From Chlorokybus atmophyticus (Eukaryota > Plantae > Mesostigma and Chlorokybus algae): DNA of 64,000 nucleotides. The translations under genes were made by a program, and so were the position numbers. Location of the stretch: NCBI GenBank assembly GCA_009103225.1, contig RHPI01000733.1, forward strand, positions 109,148 through 173,147, read 5' to 3'. Below the pieces are notes generated by a model that saw nothing but the letters and a program-made list of their open reading frames with translations, made no database searches and had not been told where the DNA came from. Positions 50,101 to 63,349 of this stretch are shown in pieces. How positions within the stretch are numbered: the first letter of the stretch is position 1; every line of letters starts with the position of its first letter.

Positions 50101-52033
50101 TGCTGTGTTTGAGACTGCAACAACAGACCCCACCCCACTTGGCCTGAGCAAAAACCCACCTGAAACCAACAACACCAAGCTCAACATCTCCAAGCTGATA
50201 GTGCGGCCACCTGCGCCAGTCACCTCCACAAAGATTGTTGTGTTGTTCTATGTGGAGGATGCAAACCAATCGCAAGCAGATACATCAACAACAATCAAGA
50301 AAGCTGCAGCTGCAGTTGGTGCGGCGCCACCCACAATTCAGATCAACAACCTGACAGATTGGTTGATTGAGACATGCGATGGCTTCGACAATGACCATGA
50401 TGGTGAGAGGACTTGGTGATGATGATGACACATTACTGCCTGATTTCATGCTACTTTGCCAATGTGTAATGTGTGTGTGTACACTCACTGACTGTTGCAA
50501 TTGCTAGGCTTAATTGACAATATTCCTGGCACAAGCGACAAATTGATTCAGCAATGCCAGCCTGGATGCATTGTTGGTGTCCAAAAGTGCATCAACAGTG
50601 TGTTTGAGGCGTGCAGAGCAGCGGCGAAAGAGGAAGTGTGCAACAACATTGATGATGACTGTGTTGGCAACATTAACAACCCAACAAGCAATGGCACTCC
50701 ACAGCTGGATTGTGGCTCTGGCTCTGTTTGCTACCAGGTACTTGGGTTGCACAGCCACTGTGATATGATACTACTGATACATATGTGTACTAGTCACACC
50801 ATCTGTCATGTGCTTAAAGTCAATGTGGCCATTGCAGGGTGCTTGTGCACAAGTTGCACCCACACAGCTTGAGACGTTCATATCGTTCCAGTCCACATGG
50901 AGTTTCACATAGATCATCACCGACAACCAAGTTGACCCCTCTGGATGGAAGCTTCCAAGGTGCGTCGCATGTGTGTGTGTACATTTGTTGCACACATGTA
51001 ACTTACACGCACCTCATATACGTTTTTGTCCGCAGCTTTGATGTCACAAAGTGGCCAAGTGGGATAGCCCCATTATGCACCGCACCCACGGCGTTTCCAT
51101 ACACATGTACACCGTTTCAACCGGCTCGGATGGCCGACAAAAGCCTCACACTGACAGCCTACTTTGTCAAAGACTTTAATGTGGATGATGCTTCCGCATA
51201 CACCTCCTTGAACTTGTCCCTGCTCGTGCAGGTCTACCTTCATTGCATCAATGTGTGCGCAACCTTTGTGAACCATGAAACTCTAAGCTCACCCTGTATC
51301 TCGCCCCCTTGCAGTCTGGTGCTGTGGTGTACCTCAATGGAGTGGAGCTTGTGAGATACAACATGCCACTCGACAACCCTGTCACGTTCACGACAATGGC
51401 GCGAATCAACAACCCCACAATCAATACTCCCAACATCACCATGGTGAATGCAACCTTCCCTTCCATTGCGCTCCAGGTACAGTTGACGCACAAGATGATG
51501 CGTGTGAGGCATGAGGCAGCAGCATAGCTCATGTTGAATAACAGCACATTCATTCTGTGATGCAGAGTGGCGTCAATAGGCTCGCTGTGGAGGTGCACAA
51601 GGAGTCACAGTTCAAGAATATGGGTTTGGAAGCCAGCCTGAAGGGGTGGAAAGTAATTATGACTGCCACGTGCTCGGACCCGCAGAAGCATTGCATAAAT
51701 ACAACCGCACCACTGAGTTTGTTCAAGACAGGTGCTGTGTGGAAGTACAGCAATGACTCCAAGGCACCTGCTGGCTCATGGTGGATGCCTGATTATGACG
51801 ACAGCGCATGGGGTGGGAGCACAAAGGACAACATTCAGATAGGTTCGCCGCTGGGCCAAATGCCGGGCATGTTTGCAAAGGTGCCTAACAAAGTGTGGAC
51901 TACTATCAACAACCACCCGAAGACTGTCTACTTCCGCAAGACGTTCGACATGACCAAGACAGAATGCTACCACACACTCACCATCTACACGCTTTGAAGA
52001 CGGCGCGGTAAGTGCATGACACACACACACACA

Positions 52034-52084
<51 letters not shown>

Positions 52085-52481
52085 ACACTTCGGCTTGCAT
52101 GCTGCGCTTGCACCACACATAACTAACTGTAAACTTGTATGCCCCATCCAGATTATCTACATCAACGGGCTGGAAGCACTGCGGATCAACATGCCTTCTG
52201 GACGTGTGAACTACAACATTCCTGCGACAGCCAAACGTGACACAACTATCTACACATCACACGATGTTGCTGGCAATCTCCTTGGCAAAGACGGGCCACA
52301 AACAATTGCAGTGGAGGTGCATCAGTTTGACCAAAACCCACCCTACAATGAGTTTGACATGGAATTCTTCGCATCTGCCAATGCTACATGCCTGTACAAG
52401 GACCCACCAAAGGACAAGATCTTGCAGCTGTTGTCTAATGCTGAGGGAGTCAAGGCAGCAGCTCGCAGTGCAAGCGTTTGA
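47160..52481 (+). pseudogene. Secreted heparinase II/III-like lyase with MopE-like Cys/Asp motifs and two galactose-binding-like domains; intron-containing, with stops and frameshifts
   Basis: Signal peptide; YLDVSQYLMAASIGYDWL; GGNFEGPTY; FNFADS; FRTD*QDPNAAW; HLDLGTFVYEVMGQRFLIDMGSDDYN..YRTRTESYNTL; ETCDGFDNDHDG and EVCNNIDDDC; two YF.K.F...GAVVYLNG.E..R.NMP...IAVEVHQ repeats. TAG at 49255 and 50910; frameshifts near 48480 and 48945. Confidence 0.82.
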
Positions 52482-53222
52482 AAACTGTGACCATTTTAGA
52501 ACAATGACCTTGACATAAATGCTGGTGTGCTGGTAGCTACTGTGTATGAGATGCTACGCAGACACTGGCCAGGTAGTTTGCCATACTGGGCATGCAGTCA
52601 GACCGTATGTGTGCAATAATGGATGAAGCATGCTTCTGGGAGCAGTGTTTGCAATTCTGTGGGATGAGAACACCACGACGTCTGGCATACATAGACATGC
52701 ACCCTACTAAGCCAAACGTATCCAGAATTACCGTTGAGGTCTTGTACCACAGTTTGGCAATGTTGTCGTTTGTGTCATTGTTGTTACAATGGTGGTAGTT
52801 GAGATGGTTGTGATGTTACTGCTGCTGCTGCTGCTATAACTTCACGACTGCAAATCAACAACAGCCTGAGCAGCCATGGCATCAACCGCAGCAGTAGCTA
52901 CAGCCGCTTTGTCCTGTGTCAGAGCAGTTTGCATGCTTGCACAGAATGATGTGGGTTGAGCAACCAGCGTTGCTCGTGTACGCACATGCACAATCAATCT
53001 CGTTGTTGTTCAGGTGACTCATCTATTCTCGGAGGCGATGTCAACCCATAACCGTGCAGGGCAATTTTGCTGGACCAGTTGCAAACGAAGTTCATTGCAT
53101 TCAAGCAGGTACATGCTTGCTTCATGGCTTTGGTTGTGCACTTGCTGATCCGCTACCTATCCACTACCTGAGCAGTTTGGCAGGCACATGACAACTGATA
53201 TTAGCCAACAACATGTACATAC

Positions 53223-53723
53223 TTATGTGTCATGTTGCAGTTCCAGATTCAACTGGCCTTGCAACTTGCGGTGAGTTGGAGGCAAACCCGCAGAGTTTAA
53301 ATGCCAAGCAACGTATGCTTTCAACTGCATGACTCTACAATTGCAACCAGCAAAGTCTTCCACATGTAGACATAAGAAGCAATTGCGAATTGTAGAGTAA
53401 GCTTTGTGTTTGCACGTGCTCTCATTTGTAGCAGTGCATGCGTACATAATGGTGCTAATTGTGCATTTCAGGTCACAGGCTGGACAGCAATGTGTGCAGA
53501 CGGTTGGACCCGTTGATGACAACTTTCCTTCTGAACAGGCGGCCATGCAAGAGGTACACGCGTGCGTGTGTGTTCCATGACTGATTACGTGGCTCATGTG
53601 TGCTTTCGGGATGTTACTGACTTTGTATACAAGGTCCCCCAGCGTCACTGAAGGATGGCAGACTCCAGCAGATGCAGTCGTGATTGCAGCAAGAAGGCAT
53701 AAAGCTGGTGCCATCCTAGCCAT
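53223..53723 (-). CDS. Hypothetical small secreted cysteine-rich protein
   Basis: 166-aa ORF with a hydrophobic signal-like N-terminus (MAPALCLLAAITTASAG) and about 16 Cys. No family recognised. Confidence 0.35.
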   Translation of the reverse strand: MARMAPALCLLAAITTASAGVCHPSVTLGDLVYKVSNIPKAHMSHVISHGTHTHACTSCMAACSEGKLSSTGPTVCTHCCPACDLKCTISTIMYACTATNESTCKHKAYSTIRNCFLCLHVEDFAGCNCRVMQLKAYVAWHLNSAGLPPTHRKLQGQLNLELQHDT

Positions 53724-54076
53724 GTCAGCATGACTCTACACCACCCAAGTCAATGGCTCGGGTAACGCGCATGCACACGCACCCATGCAGCCACGCACGC
53801 GTGCACGCGCAGAAGCTTATGCATCACGATGGCTGGAAGTAATGTGATGGGGGTTCGTGGAGGAAGCCTGACGCTGCTGCTCCGCGGGACTGGGGGGCGC
53901 TACAACGAGGGGCAAATGCTGAACAGCAGGTGAGCAGAGGGGCAAGGGAAGGGGGAGGGGGAGGATGTGTGTGTGAACGTGCAAGCGCGCACACGGGCAT
54001 GTGCATGCAAGCATGCATGTGCTTTTAAATACGCACGCATGCACAAACAAACATGCACACTCTTTCTTACAATCGG

Positions 54077-55365
54077 CTCATGGACTGCACTGGACACTGC
54101 GGCCTATAGCCAGTTGCTGTAGGCTGGCTCATAGGCTGCACTGTTGTAATGCCGGTTAATGTGGAATAGGCTAAGAAGGGCTTATGAAGCATTAATAAGC
54201 AATACACAACCTCTCATGGTAGCGACTATTGCTACCATGGCTTGGTCGGCTAAGCCCCGCGTTACATTGGTAATCGGAGCTCTAAAGGTCGCGGGATCAA
54301 ATCCCACCGGGCGCAAGATGCGCGCGAGTGGGTAGATTTTCGGCGATCGTCGGAAACGATCCAAGGCAGTTAGTGTGATTGGTTAACAGTAACCTGTGAG
54401 AAGAAGCTGACTGAGTCGGCGCGCAGGGTCGCTCCTGCGCGCGGCAACGTGGCAAGTCGCCGCGGAAAACTACGCAGCATGACCGGTAATGGCTGGTCAT
54501 GACCGGACGCGAGCAAGTCCTGCCGGTCATGAAGGGCCAAGATGTGTAGGTAAAATCGCGGTTAAAGCCGGGTTGAATGTAATGTTGGTTAATGTGGAAT
54601 AGGCTAAAAAGGGCTTATGAAGCATTAATAAGCAATACACAACCTCTCATGGTAGCGACTTTTGCTACCATGGCTTGGTCGGCTAAGCCCCGCTAACAAT
54701 TGTCCAGTGTAGCCTATGAGCCAGTTGCTGTAGACTTGCTCATAGACCGCACTGGACAGTTTGGTCTACGAGGAAGTTCTGCATGTAAACTATGCATGTG
54801 AACCGGGTGTGCTGCCTCCCCTCCCCCCCCGCGCTTCCTCCTTCATGTGCACACGCATACAAGCACGCACGTATGCGCATATGGACGTGCCGCGTGCACG
54901 GTGCACATGCATGCTCTCACTCGCACGCACACGTGCAGGTATGCAAACTGCTCCCCAAGCTGGCAATGAGGCCGCCGCTGAAAATCGAGAAGTTTGTAGT
55001 GGGCACGGCTCTGCTAGGCAAGCACTACGTCGCCCCAGCTGGCTGTGCTCTCCGCAATCTTCACGGTGCGCTGAGTGTGCGTGCGTGCGTGCGTGCGACA
55101 TTGCTCATGTATAAGTGTGCACGCACTTATTTACAATTGGGCTCATACACCGCACTGTCCACACAGGCATGCGCATGCATGGCTCCTTGTCACGCACGAA
55201 CACACATACACACACTTGTTGGGTTATAGCCCGCACTATGCATTGCAGCCTATAAGGCTGGCTAATTGGGTTGTAGACCGCACTGACCAGTGCGGCCTAT
55301 GAGGCAGGTGCTATGGGCTAGCTCATAGACCGCACTGACCAGTGCAGCCTATGAGGCAGTTCGGC
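54077..55365. repeat. Dispersed ~55-bp minisatellite units (gcactg.ccagtgc.gcctatgag...gctcataga/gccg) at 54077-54144, 54699-54760 and 55240-55365
   Basis: Repeated imperfect unit read directly; the TRIM interrupts one unit. Confidence 0.7.
54145..54698 (+). mobile_element. TRIM-like miniature LTR element (two ~121-bp LTRs, ~310-bp non-coding internal region)
   Basis: LTR1 54145-54266 (TGTAA...TTACA) and LTR2 54578-54698 (TGTAA...TAACA) are near-identical. PBS-like TGGTAATCGGAGC follows LTR1 (cf. tRNA-iMet PBS TGGTATCAGAGC). Flanks ACTGT / ATTGT match 4 of 5, as a TSD. Confidence 0.85.
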
Positions 55366-56067
55366 GTGACACTATGCATGTGAACAGGTGTGTGGCCCCC
55401 TACCCCTTCTTCCTCCTCAAAGAGATATGCACACGCACGCACATACAAGCATGCACGCACATGCATGCGCTTACGTGCACGCAGGTACGTGGACTGCATG
55501 AGTGTGTGTGTGCGCATGCACATAACTGTGCATGCGCACACACACACTCATTGTAGTGAGCGTGTCCGTGTGTTGCTGGGTTAGTGACTCTCACATGTTG
55601 CATATGTTGCTGTGCATGCGCATGAGTGTGCATGTGCATGTTACGCCTGTTCCGTGTGTTCCGCATGTGCGTGCGCATATTGTGTTCTTAGTATGCCATA
55701 TGCGGTATTGTATGTATACATGGGAGAAAGACTATACACACACACAGGCGCTGGCTTGAAGCAGGTCGCCGCGACCACCAACGTGCCACAGGCGGCCTAC
55801 GCATTTGCAGAGCTGCTGCGGCTGGCACATTGTTGCCAGCAGCTGAGCACTGCTGGCGACTACAAGGACCAGGTGCTAAGAATGACAGAGAGGGGATGCT
55901 GGCGATACCCTCGCCACTCTACTTCCAGGTAGGCCTGCTCAGCTTGGACGGGTTGGATGCGAGGATGGCATTGACCAACCCCCACACGCTTGCGCAAGCG
56001 TGCGCACGTGGACATGCATAGACAAACGCTTGCGCCACCACACACACGCATGCACGCTCTTTGCCTT

Positions 56068-57252
<1,185 letters not shown>

Positions 57253-57899
57253 NGTTAATTAGTAGGCTGCCAATACGCCTGTTGCACAAGAATGCGTGTG
57301 CGTGTGTTGCTTTTTGAATGTAAATATGTGTAGGATGTGGTAGCGTATCCGTGGATCAGTGGAATTGTAGTGGTAGCTGTACAATATAGACATGCTTTAC
57401 ATACATTGTATACCTCCGTATTACAAGGTATGCTGCTGCTATGTCCATGCATGGCGCGGATTGCTTGCAGGCAGGCGATTAGTTGGCCTTGTGACTGTCA
57501 CATGTGTCACCAGGCGTGCATTACCAAACGGCTGGTAGACCTGCATTTGTGGTTTCATTATGAATGTTACCAGGCCACCATCATGGCCTGCGGTTATGGT
57601 CAGTGGTGGTTATCACAGCGGCGACGGCGGCGTGGCATGGGCGGCAGCCATGGTTGTGGCCTGTTGCTGCGCGCCCGCTAAGCCGTTGACCTGGTCAAGC
57701 TTGGTCGCCACCAGGCCAGCATGACCAGCGGCGTGGCCTGGTGCTCTTGGTATGGAGCACCAGGCCGCCCGCCAGGCCACCAGCAGCAGCGGCCTGACTG
57801 CAGTCAGCTGCGGCAATCAAGCCGGCCTAATTGCCGCAGCTGACCGCAGTTAGCTGTCAAAGCACAGTTGTTTCAATTGCTACCGGTTGAATTCTTACA

Positions 57900-58260
57900 A
57901 GTCCGGCTGCAGCCGGCCAATGTGTAAACTATCTCAAAGACGCGCACCAGCCATGGTTCGTAGGTGCGGACCATGGCTGGTGTGCGGCTCTTGTCACAGG
58001 CAACTAGGCTTGAAAAAACAAATCGGACCAAGGATGGTCCCTGCAAAGTACCATTCCCGGTCCGATTTAAACCAGCTTTCAACCGGCACCAACCCTGGCT
58101 CGGTTTTCGGGGGGACCGTGGGACAATTACGTACTGTTTGGACCAGCCCTGGTCCCCGCGTGCAGACCAAGGCGGGCGACCCTGGTCCGGACCCCAAGCC
58201 GCCCGGGCAAGTTGGCCCTGGTCCGTACCCGCGGACCAGCCCTGGTCCACGGGAAAAATC
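57900..58260. repeat. GC-rich segment with several short hairpins and repeated GGACCAGCCCTGGTCC motifs (possible MITE-like relic)
   Basis: Inverted pairs caccagccatggt/accatggctggtg and aatcggacc/ggtccgatt; CCCTGGTCC occurs four times. Confidence 0.4.
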
Positions 58261-60466
58261 TCATGTGATATGTATGAGGTCCTAGGCTAATGTGACCAGC
58301 CAAGGATGTTCACAATGTGCGAGGCAGATGTGTTATCAGTCCTGGGCGTTAACAAGGTGTTCTGGGGCCGATGTACATGTGGCAGCTCCTAGGCATGACT
58401 TGTGGTCAATGCAGCCATGACCAGGCAAGTAGCTTTAGATTTGGTTCTTCTAAGGCGGAGAGCAGCAAAGAGGGCGTATATGCATGGCCTCAACATGTGT
58501 TAAGGCAGCTCAGCATGAGCATACTCAGAGGCTCGACTCTTGTGTGTGAGGTGCCTAGTTCAGCTGTTCAAGGGGCTTTCCCTCTCATCCCAAGTGGGGT
58601 GTAGTGTTCGTGTCAGCCTTGCACGTGAGTGGGGTGTGCTTGAGTGTGTATGAGCTGAGGGGAGAGCTTGCCGTGCATCCTCTCCATCCAGGCGGTGCTG
58701 GTCATTCCTTCTTCAAGCAGCTGCACCGTTGTATGTTGTGAAGAAGTTCTCGTGCGTGTGCACAAGTATGTGACATACACAAGCAGGTAAGTGTGTGTCC
58801 CATGTTACATCGGTCAAGTGATTCACCTTGATTTAATTGTATGCGTGCTATTCAACCATCAACATAAAGTCATTTTATTGGATCAAAGTAAGTCCTCTCT
58901 TTCTCCTCAGGAGGCCGTTTGAATTGCCAATTCTTTAACCCAAAGTGCCAAGTCAAATTGTAACATATCATGCAAAGGGTGTGGCCCATGGCATACGCGT
59001 CCCCACCAATGACGGCACTCTCACATTGTGCTAACACATACATGTACAATGCGAAACACACCGCCTGTGTGTCGCTGTGTGACATGTAGAATAAGAATGA
59101 ATAGATCGTTGTTACTCTATTTACGCACACACACTTGATATATTCCCACGATAGGTAATCACGTGCACACTCCCGTTATGCATGAATGCATGCATGTCCA
59201 TCAAGTTGTAATGATAGCCATAGCGATAGTGCGGTGCTTAATGTATACAATGTAGATTTGCCCGGTATTTAATGGGTGCGTGCATGCAATACATGTTCTA
59301 GGAGATGTGTTGTGCTATTTGACTGCATGTGCGCATTGGCCATTGCATATATGTACACAACTTCTCTGCTGTAGGATTAGGACACACAATGACGCACAAT
59401 GATTGCACTCGAGGGGCACCGAGCAAAGTGGCACAGGCGGTGGCTGTACTACAGTCTACAGTACAGCGCGCCTGCCGCTACATGCCGCGATACACCATCC
59501 GCGGCAATTCAAAGCGTATGTGGTACGCATGCAGACGCTGGGCATTGTGCTGGGCGTGCACAGCGTGTGGTGCACTGCGGCAAGCAAGCAACCTAGTTGC
59601 GGCTTCTCCGTCCTCGACCTGTGTGTGCGCTTGCAGCTCCTGGGCGCTGGCTGCCTGCAGGCTCTGTGTGTTTGCAAGCTTCCACCCCAAGCAAGTGCAT
59701 GTGTTCATCGTCACGCAGCCACCAGATTCTACAAAGGGCCAGGCAGGTGCTAAGCCGCCGCGTGTGCAAAGCCAGCAGCTACGTAGCATAGACTGGATAG
59801 AAGCAGGCGTGCACGTCCAGGTGTAGTGTGACCAAGCGGCGAAGCTGCTGGTGTCAGGGTCAACCAGTAAGAGTGGTGAGGAAGCTGCTCTCGGCAAGCA
59901 TTGAGCGCAGGAGCAGTCGTCACCAGGTTTGGTTTGCATAGAACACTGACCCCAAGCGACTGCCAATTGATGTTGACATTTATGCCAGTCCACCATGTCG
60001 TCGCCCCTCAGGCTGTCTTGTCGTTGCTGGCGCCCTTTCCTTGCGTATGTGTTTTGTGTGTGCTAATTCCATCAAGGGACATCGCTGTATGCATTTGCGT
60101 GTAGTATTACTTCTACGGTTGAATTGCACAACGTGCACATGCAGCACCCGTGTCAACACAAGAAGGACACAACCTTGCGCACCGTTTTGCAGATCCAAGT
60201 GGAGGAGAGTGTCCAGAACTGCCGCTGCGCTGTGGGTTTTACTAACCAGTGTGCGTACCCCCTCCCATTTAATATCTGCATGTCTATGTGAGGTTTGAGC
60301 CCATGCGTTTGCTTCTGGACAAAAATGCGCCTGTTACCCTATGCAACCTCCTAGTTCAGTATATACGTGCGTGGCCACGTATATATGTGTTTTACACCAC
60401 CAATGTGCTTTGCAGACTTGCAGTTCAGTTAAGGTTTGAGCGGAAGGAGCACTTGAGGAGCGCGCC

Positions 60467-63349
60467 ATGGCTATGGGAGGAAACTCTGTCCAGCTGAACC
60501 CTGCGCAGGTGTGTGTGTTTGTGTGTGTCTGTGTGCGCGCGCGCATGTGCCTGCGTGCGTGCACAAGTGATGGAACGTTTGCTCGCTATTTTGCACCAAT
60601 GCTGCAGCCATGCCCGTTAACGTTAACACCACCAGACAACAGACACCGTGTAGCATTGCACCCACCAGTAGTCCTTTTGTCGGGTGCAGGTCCGATTTAC
60701 TCGAAATCACATTCAAGATCAATTTGACGCTGCTGGAAGCCAGCCTGGCAGCAGTGTAACGACTTACGCAGCTGCAGCGAAAGCGGTGTCCCTGCGCCTG
60801 AAGGTGATGAGCTTGACAAGATTCTCAAGCTATTGCTTCCATCAGCAACAGCTTGAGTGTTTGAAGTGTGTTCTGGCTAGTTGGCTGGTGTGTCTATCAG
60901 AACTGCATATTGCTGCTGGCTAACCAGTGCCTGCTTACTGCAGGATGCAATTGCTGCCATTGACAGAGGGGAACTGCGATGCTCGGACCTGCCACCCATG
61001 CGCGTATTTCAACTTGGGCAGCACTGGTATAGCCTGGACAACAGGCGTCTTTGGGTTTTCAAAAATGTGAAAGCAGACACACTTTGTATGCAAGTTGTCG
61101 AGCCGCCGTCAGACCCTTTGAGATACAAAGGCTGATGGGTGAGTTCGGTTTGTGATGTGCCTTGCGCAATGTGCTGGCATAATGTGTGCGTGCACTTGAG
61201 TGTTTGTGTATGATGGTGTTAGCATGTTTGTTGTTCACCATATTGATAACTCTATTTGCTGAGGTTGGATGGATGGGGTTTCTTCCTACCAAGCTCATCA
61301 GCTTGTTCCATGCAGAGCTTTCACAAGAATGCACGCTATTCAGTGCGAAAGAAGTTAGGGCCACCTCGCAGCAGCAAGCAGACAGAGACGACCTGACAGC
61401 AAAAGTGCTGCGGTGGTCGCTTGCGCACATCAGGAATGACACCGCTTACGAGCATGAGGTGAGACGTTTCCGTTGGCACCGTGGCATCAGCCAACCGTAC
61501 TCAACTCCTTTCGCAATCCATCCTTCAACATCACAGCCAGTGCAAGTGATTGACACCCCTTTCTGGACACGCCAGGTCAAGCCCATCCCCGACACATTTT
61601 CCAACTACGAGTCTTACAAGGCAGCCTTCCTTCCTGCTGTAATAGAGGAGCTTAGAGCAGAGTTGGCAGGGGCATTGGCAGGGATTGGCGAAGTGTTCAT
61701 CTCACAAAGGATGTCAATCGCAACAGTCTTGGGCAGAAACCCACCCTTGCGTATCTGGCTTAGCCCAGACGCACAAGCTGTGGAGGGTGCTGAGGGCAGC
61801 GATCCTGCAAGCATGGAGGTATGCAGATGACTGCAGTTTGCATGTGGCTGAGCTCGTGCTCAACAGTATGTAGCTGATGGCAACACCAACCCCTGGTACG
61901 CACAGGTGCTGTCGTTGAAAACTCATGATCTGCTTATTCTGTCGTCACTACCTCTTGAGGAAGAACACGATCTTGGTCGAGTGGAAGTGCCTTGGTGCTT
62001 GGCAGCAGTCACAAAGACCGAACATGAGGGTCACCGGCAACGTTGTGAAGCAACTGCTGTTGTCGAGCCTGGTTCTTCACAAGAGCAGATGCTTTGCGCA
62101 CCTCCGGCGCACCCCAGTGGATCCAGCGTCGTCTATAGCACTGTGCTAACATCTCTGGTGACATCCCTGAGAATCTACAATGCTTTAGAAAAGGGATGGG
62201 TTGTGAATGCTCGTGTAGCGCAAGAAGTGCTGTGCAACGCTGCCCCTGCCATACAGACGTTACCCCCCTTGACACCAGCACTGGATCGGCATGGTGTCGC
62301 AGCGTTCTGCCAAAGTTTTGGTCTGAACGCTTCCCAGACGCAGGTGGTGATGCAGAGTGCAGCCAACAACATCACCCAAGCGAGCGGACTCCAGCTGGTT
62401 CAAGGCCCACCAGGCGAGTGGTCCATGTTGATAGTATGACAGCCCCAAAAAGGAGAGCGTCCACCAGTGATGTTGCACAACAGCACCATGACGCTCAGTC
62501 CCTTTCTGCGTCACAACCGTCCTTCCTTGCGCAGGCACAGGCAAAACATCAACGCTGGTGGTGGTTCTGAGAGTGTTAGCCGCTCTGAAGTCGCGCATGC
62601 TAGTCTGCGCACCAACCAATGTTGCGGTTCAAGAAGTCGCTGCACGCTTCTTGCAGATTGTGGAAGACTGCACCTCCAGTCTCACCGTTTTCAACCAGCA
62701 GATTGCGCCTATTGCACCTGCTCAGCTGCGCCTCGCAGACATCGCTCTCATTGCCAGTGAAGAGCGCTTGGATGATGAGGGCCCACTTGGGGCAATCTAT
62801 CTGCCGGCTCGAGTGGAACGCCTCCTTCATGCTTTCAGCACTGGTTGGTCTGCAGCTGCCACCTCAGTCTTGAGTACTTTGGACAGCACTAATCAACACA
62901 ATAAAGATGGCGAATCCTTGCACCAGCAGTTTCAGAACCGACTGAAACTCAGTACACGTGCAGCTATAGAAGTTGGCACCACCTATTGCAGGGAATTGCC
63001 TTTTAACCTACCAGTCAAAGGCCACGATGGCAATGTGCGCATCGAACGCACGTTATCACAAGGCTCGTGCTCCATGATCTTGCAGGCCTTGCCAGCATTG
63101 ACACGCCTAGCGGCGCTTACCAGTGATGATCTCACTCCGCGCTTTGTCGAAGCTTGGTGCTCCAACCATGCTGATGACAGCGGAAACATGCGGCTATGGC
63201 ATCAATGTCAGGAGGCATTGACTGCATTGAAGGCAAGTAGGTTTGCGGCTGAAGAGGTGCCAACGACCCGCTACTTGCGCAGCGCTTACACCTTGGAGAA
63301 AGCTGCTAGCTGCTATGTCACAGCTGTTGACGACAGCAAGATGCAGTGA
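60467..63349 (+). CDS. ParB/Srx-like N-terminal domain plus plant-type SEN1/UPF1-like SF1 helicase (N-terminal half; one apparent frameshift)
   Basis: Exons 60467-60508, 60690-60803 and 60944-61138 encode LNPAQVRFTRNHIQDQF...LPPMRVF..WYSLDNRRLWVFK. Later exons encode DLTAKVLRWSL..IPDTFSNYESYKAAFLPAVIEELRAEL, LRIYNAL, LNASQ, QGPPG|TGKT and LVCAPTNVAV.EVA.R. Walker B is not reached in the window. Confidence 0.8.

Larger units (their letters stand above)
53840..55995 (+). pseudogene. Unidentified multi-exon gene fragment
   Basis: Phase-compatible exons (about 53840-53929, 54938-55073, 55748-55871, 55929-55995) read ...EQQ|VCKLLPKL..LHGAL|SAGLKQ..YKDQ|VGLLSLDGLDARM. There is an upstream in-frame TAA. 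Confidence 0.4.

Noticed and set aside
59329-60300. ORFs upstream of the helicase gene
   Set aside because: No consistent splice phases or recognisable motifs.
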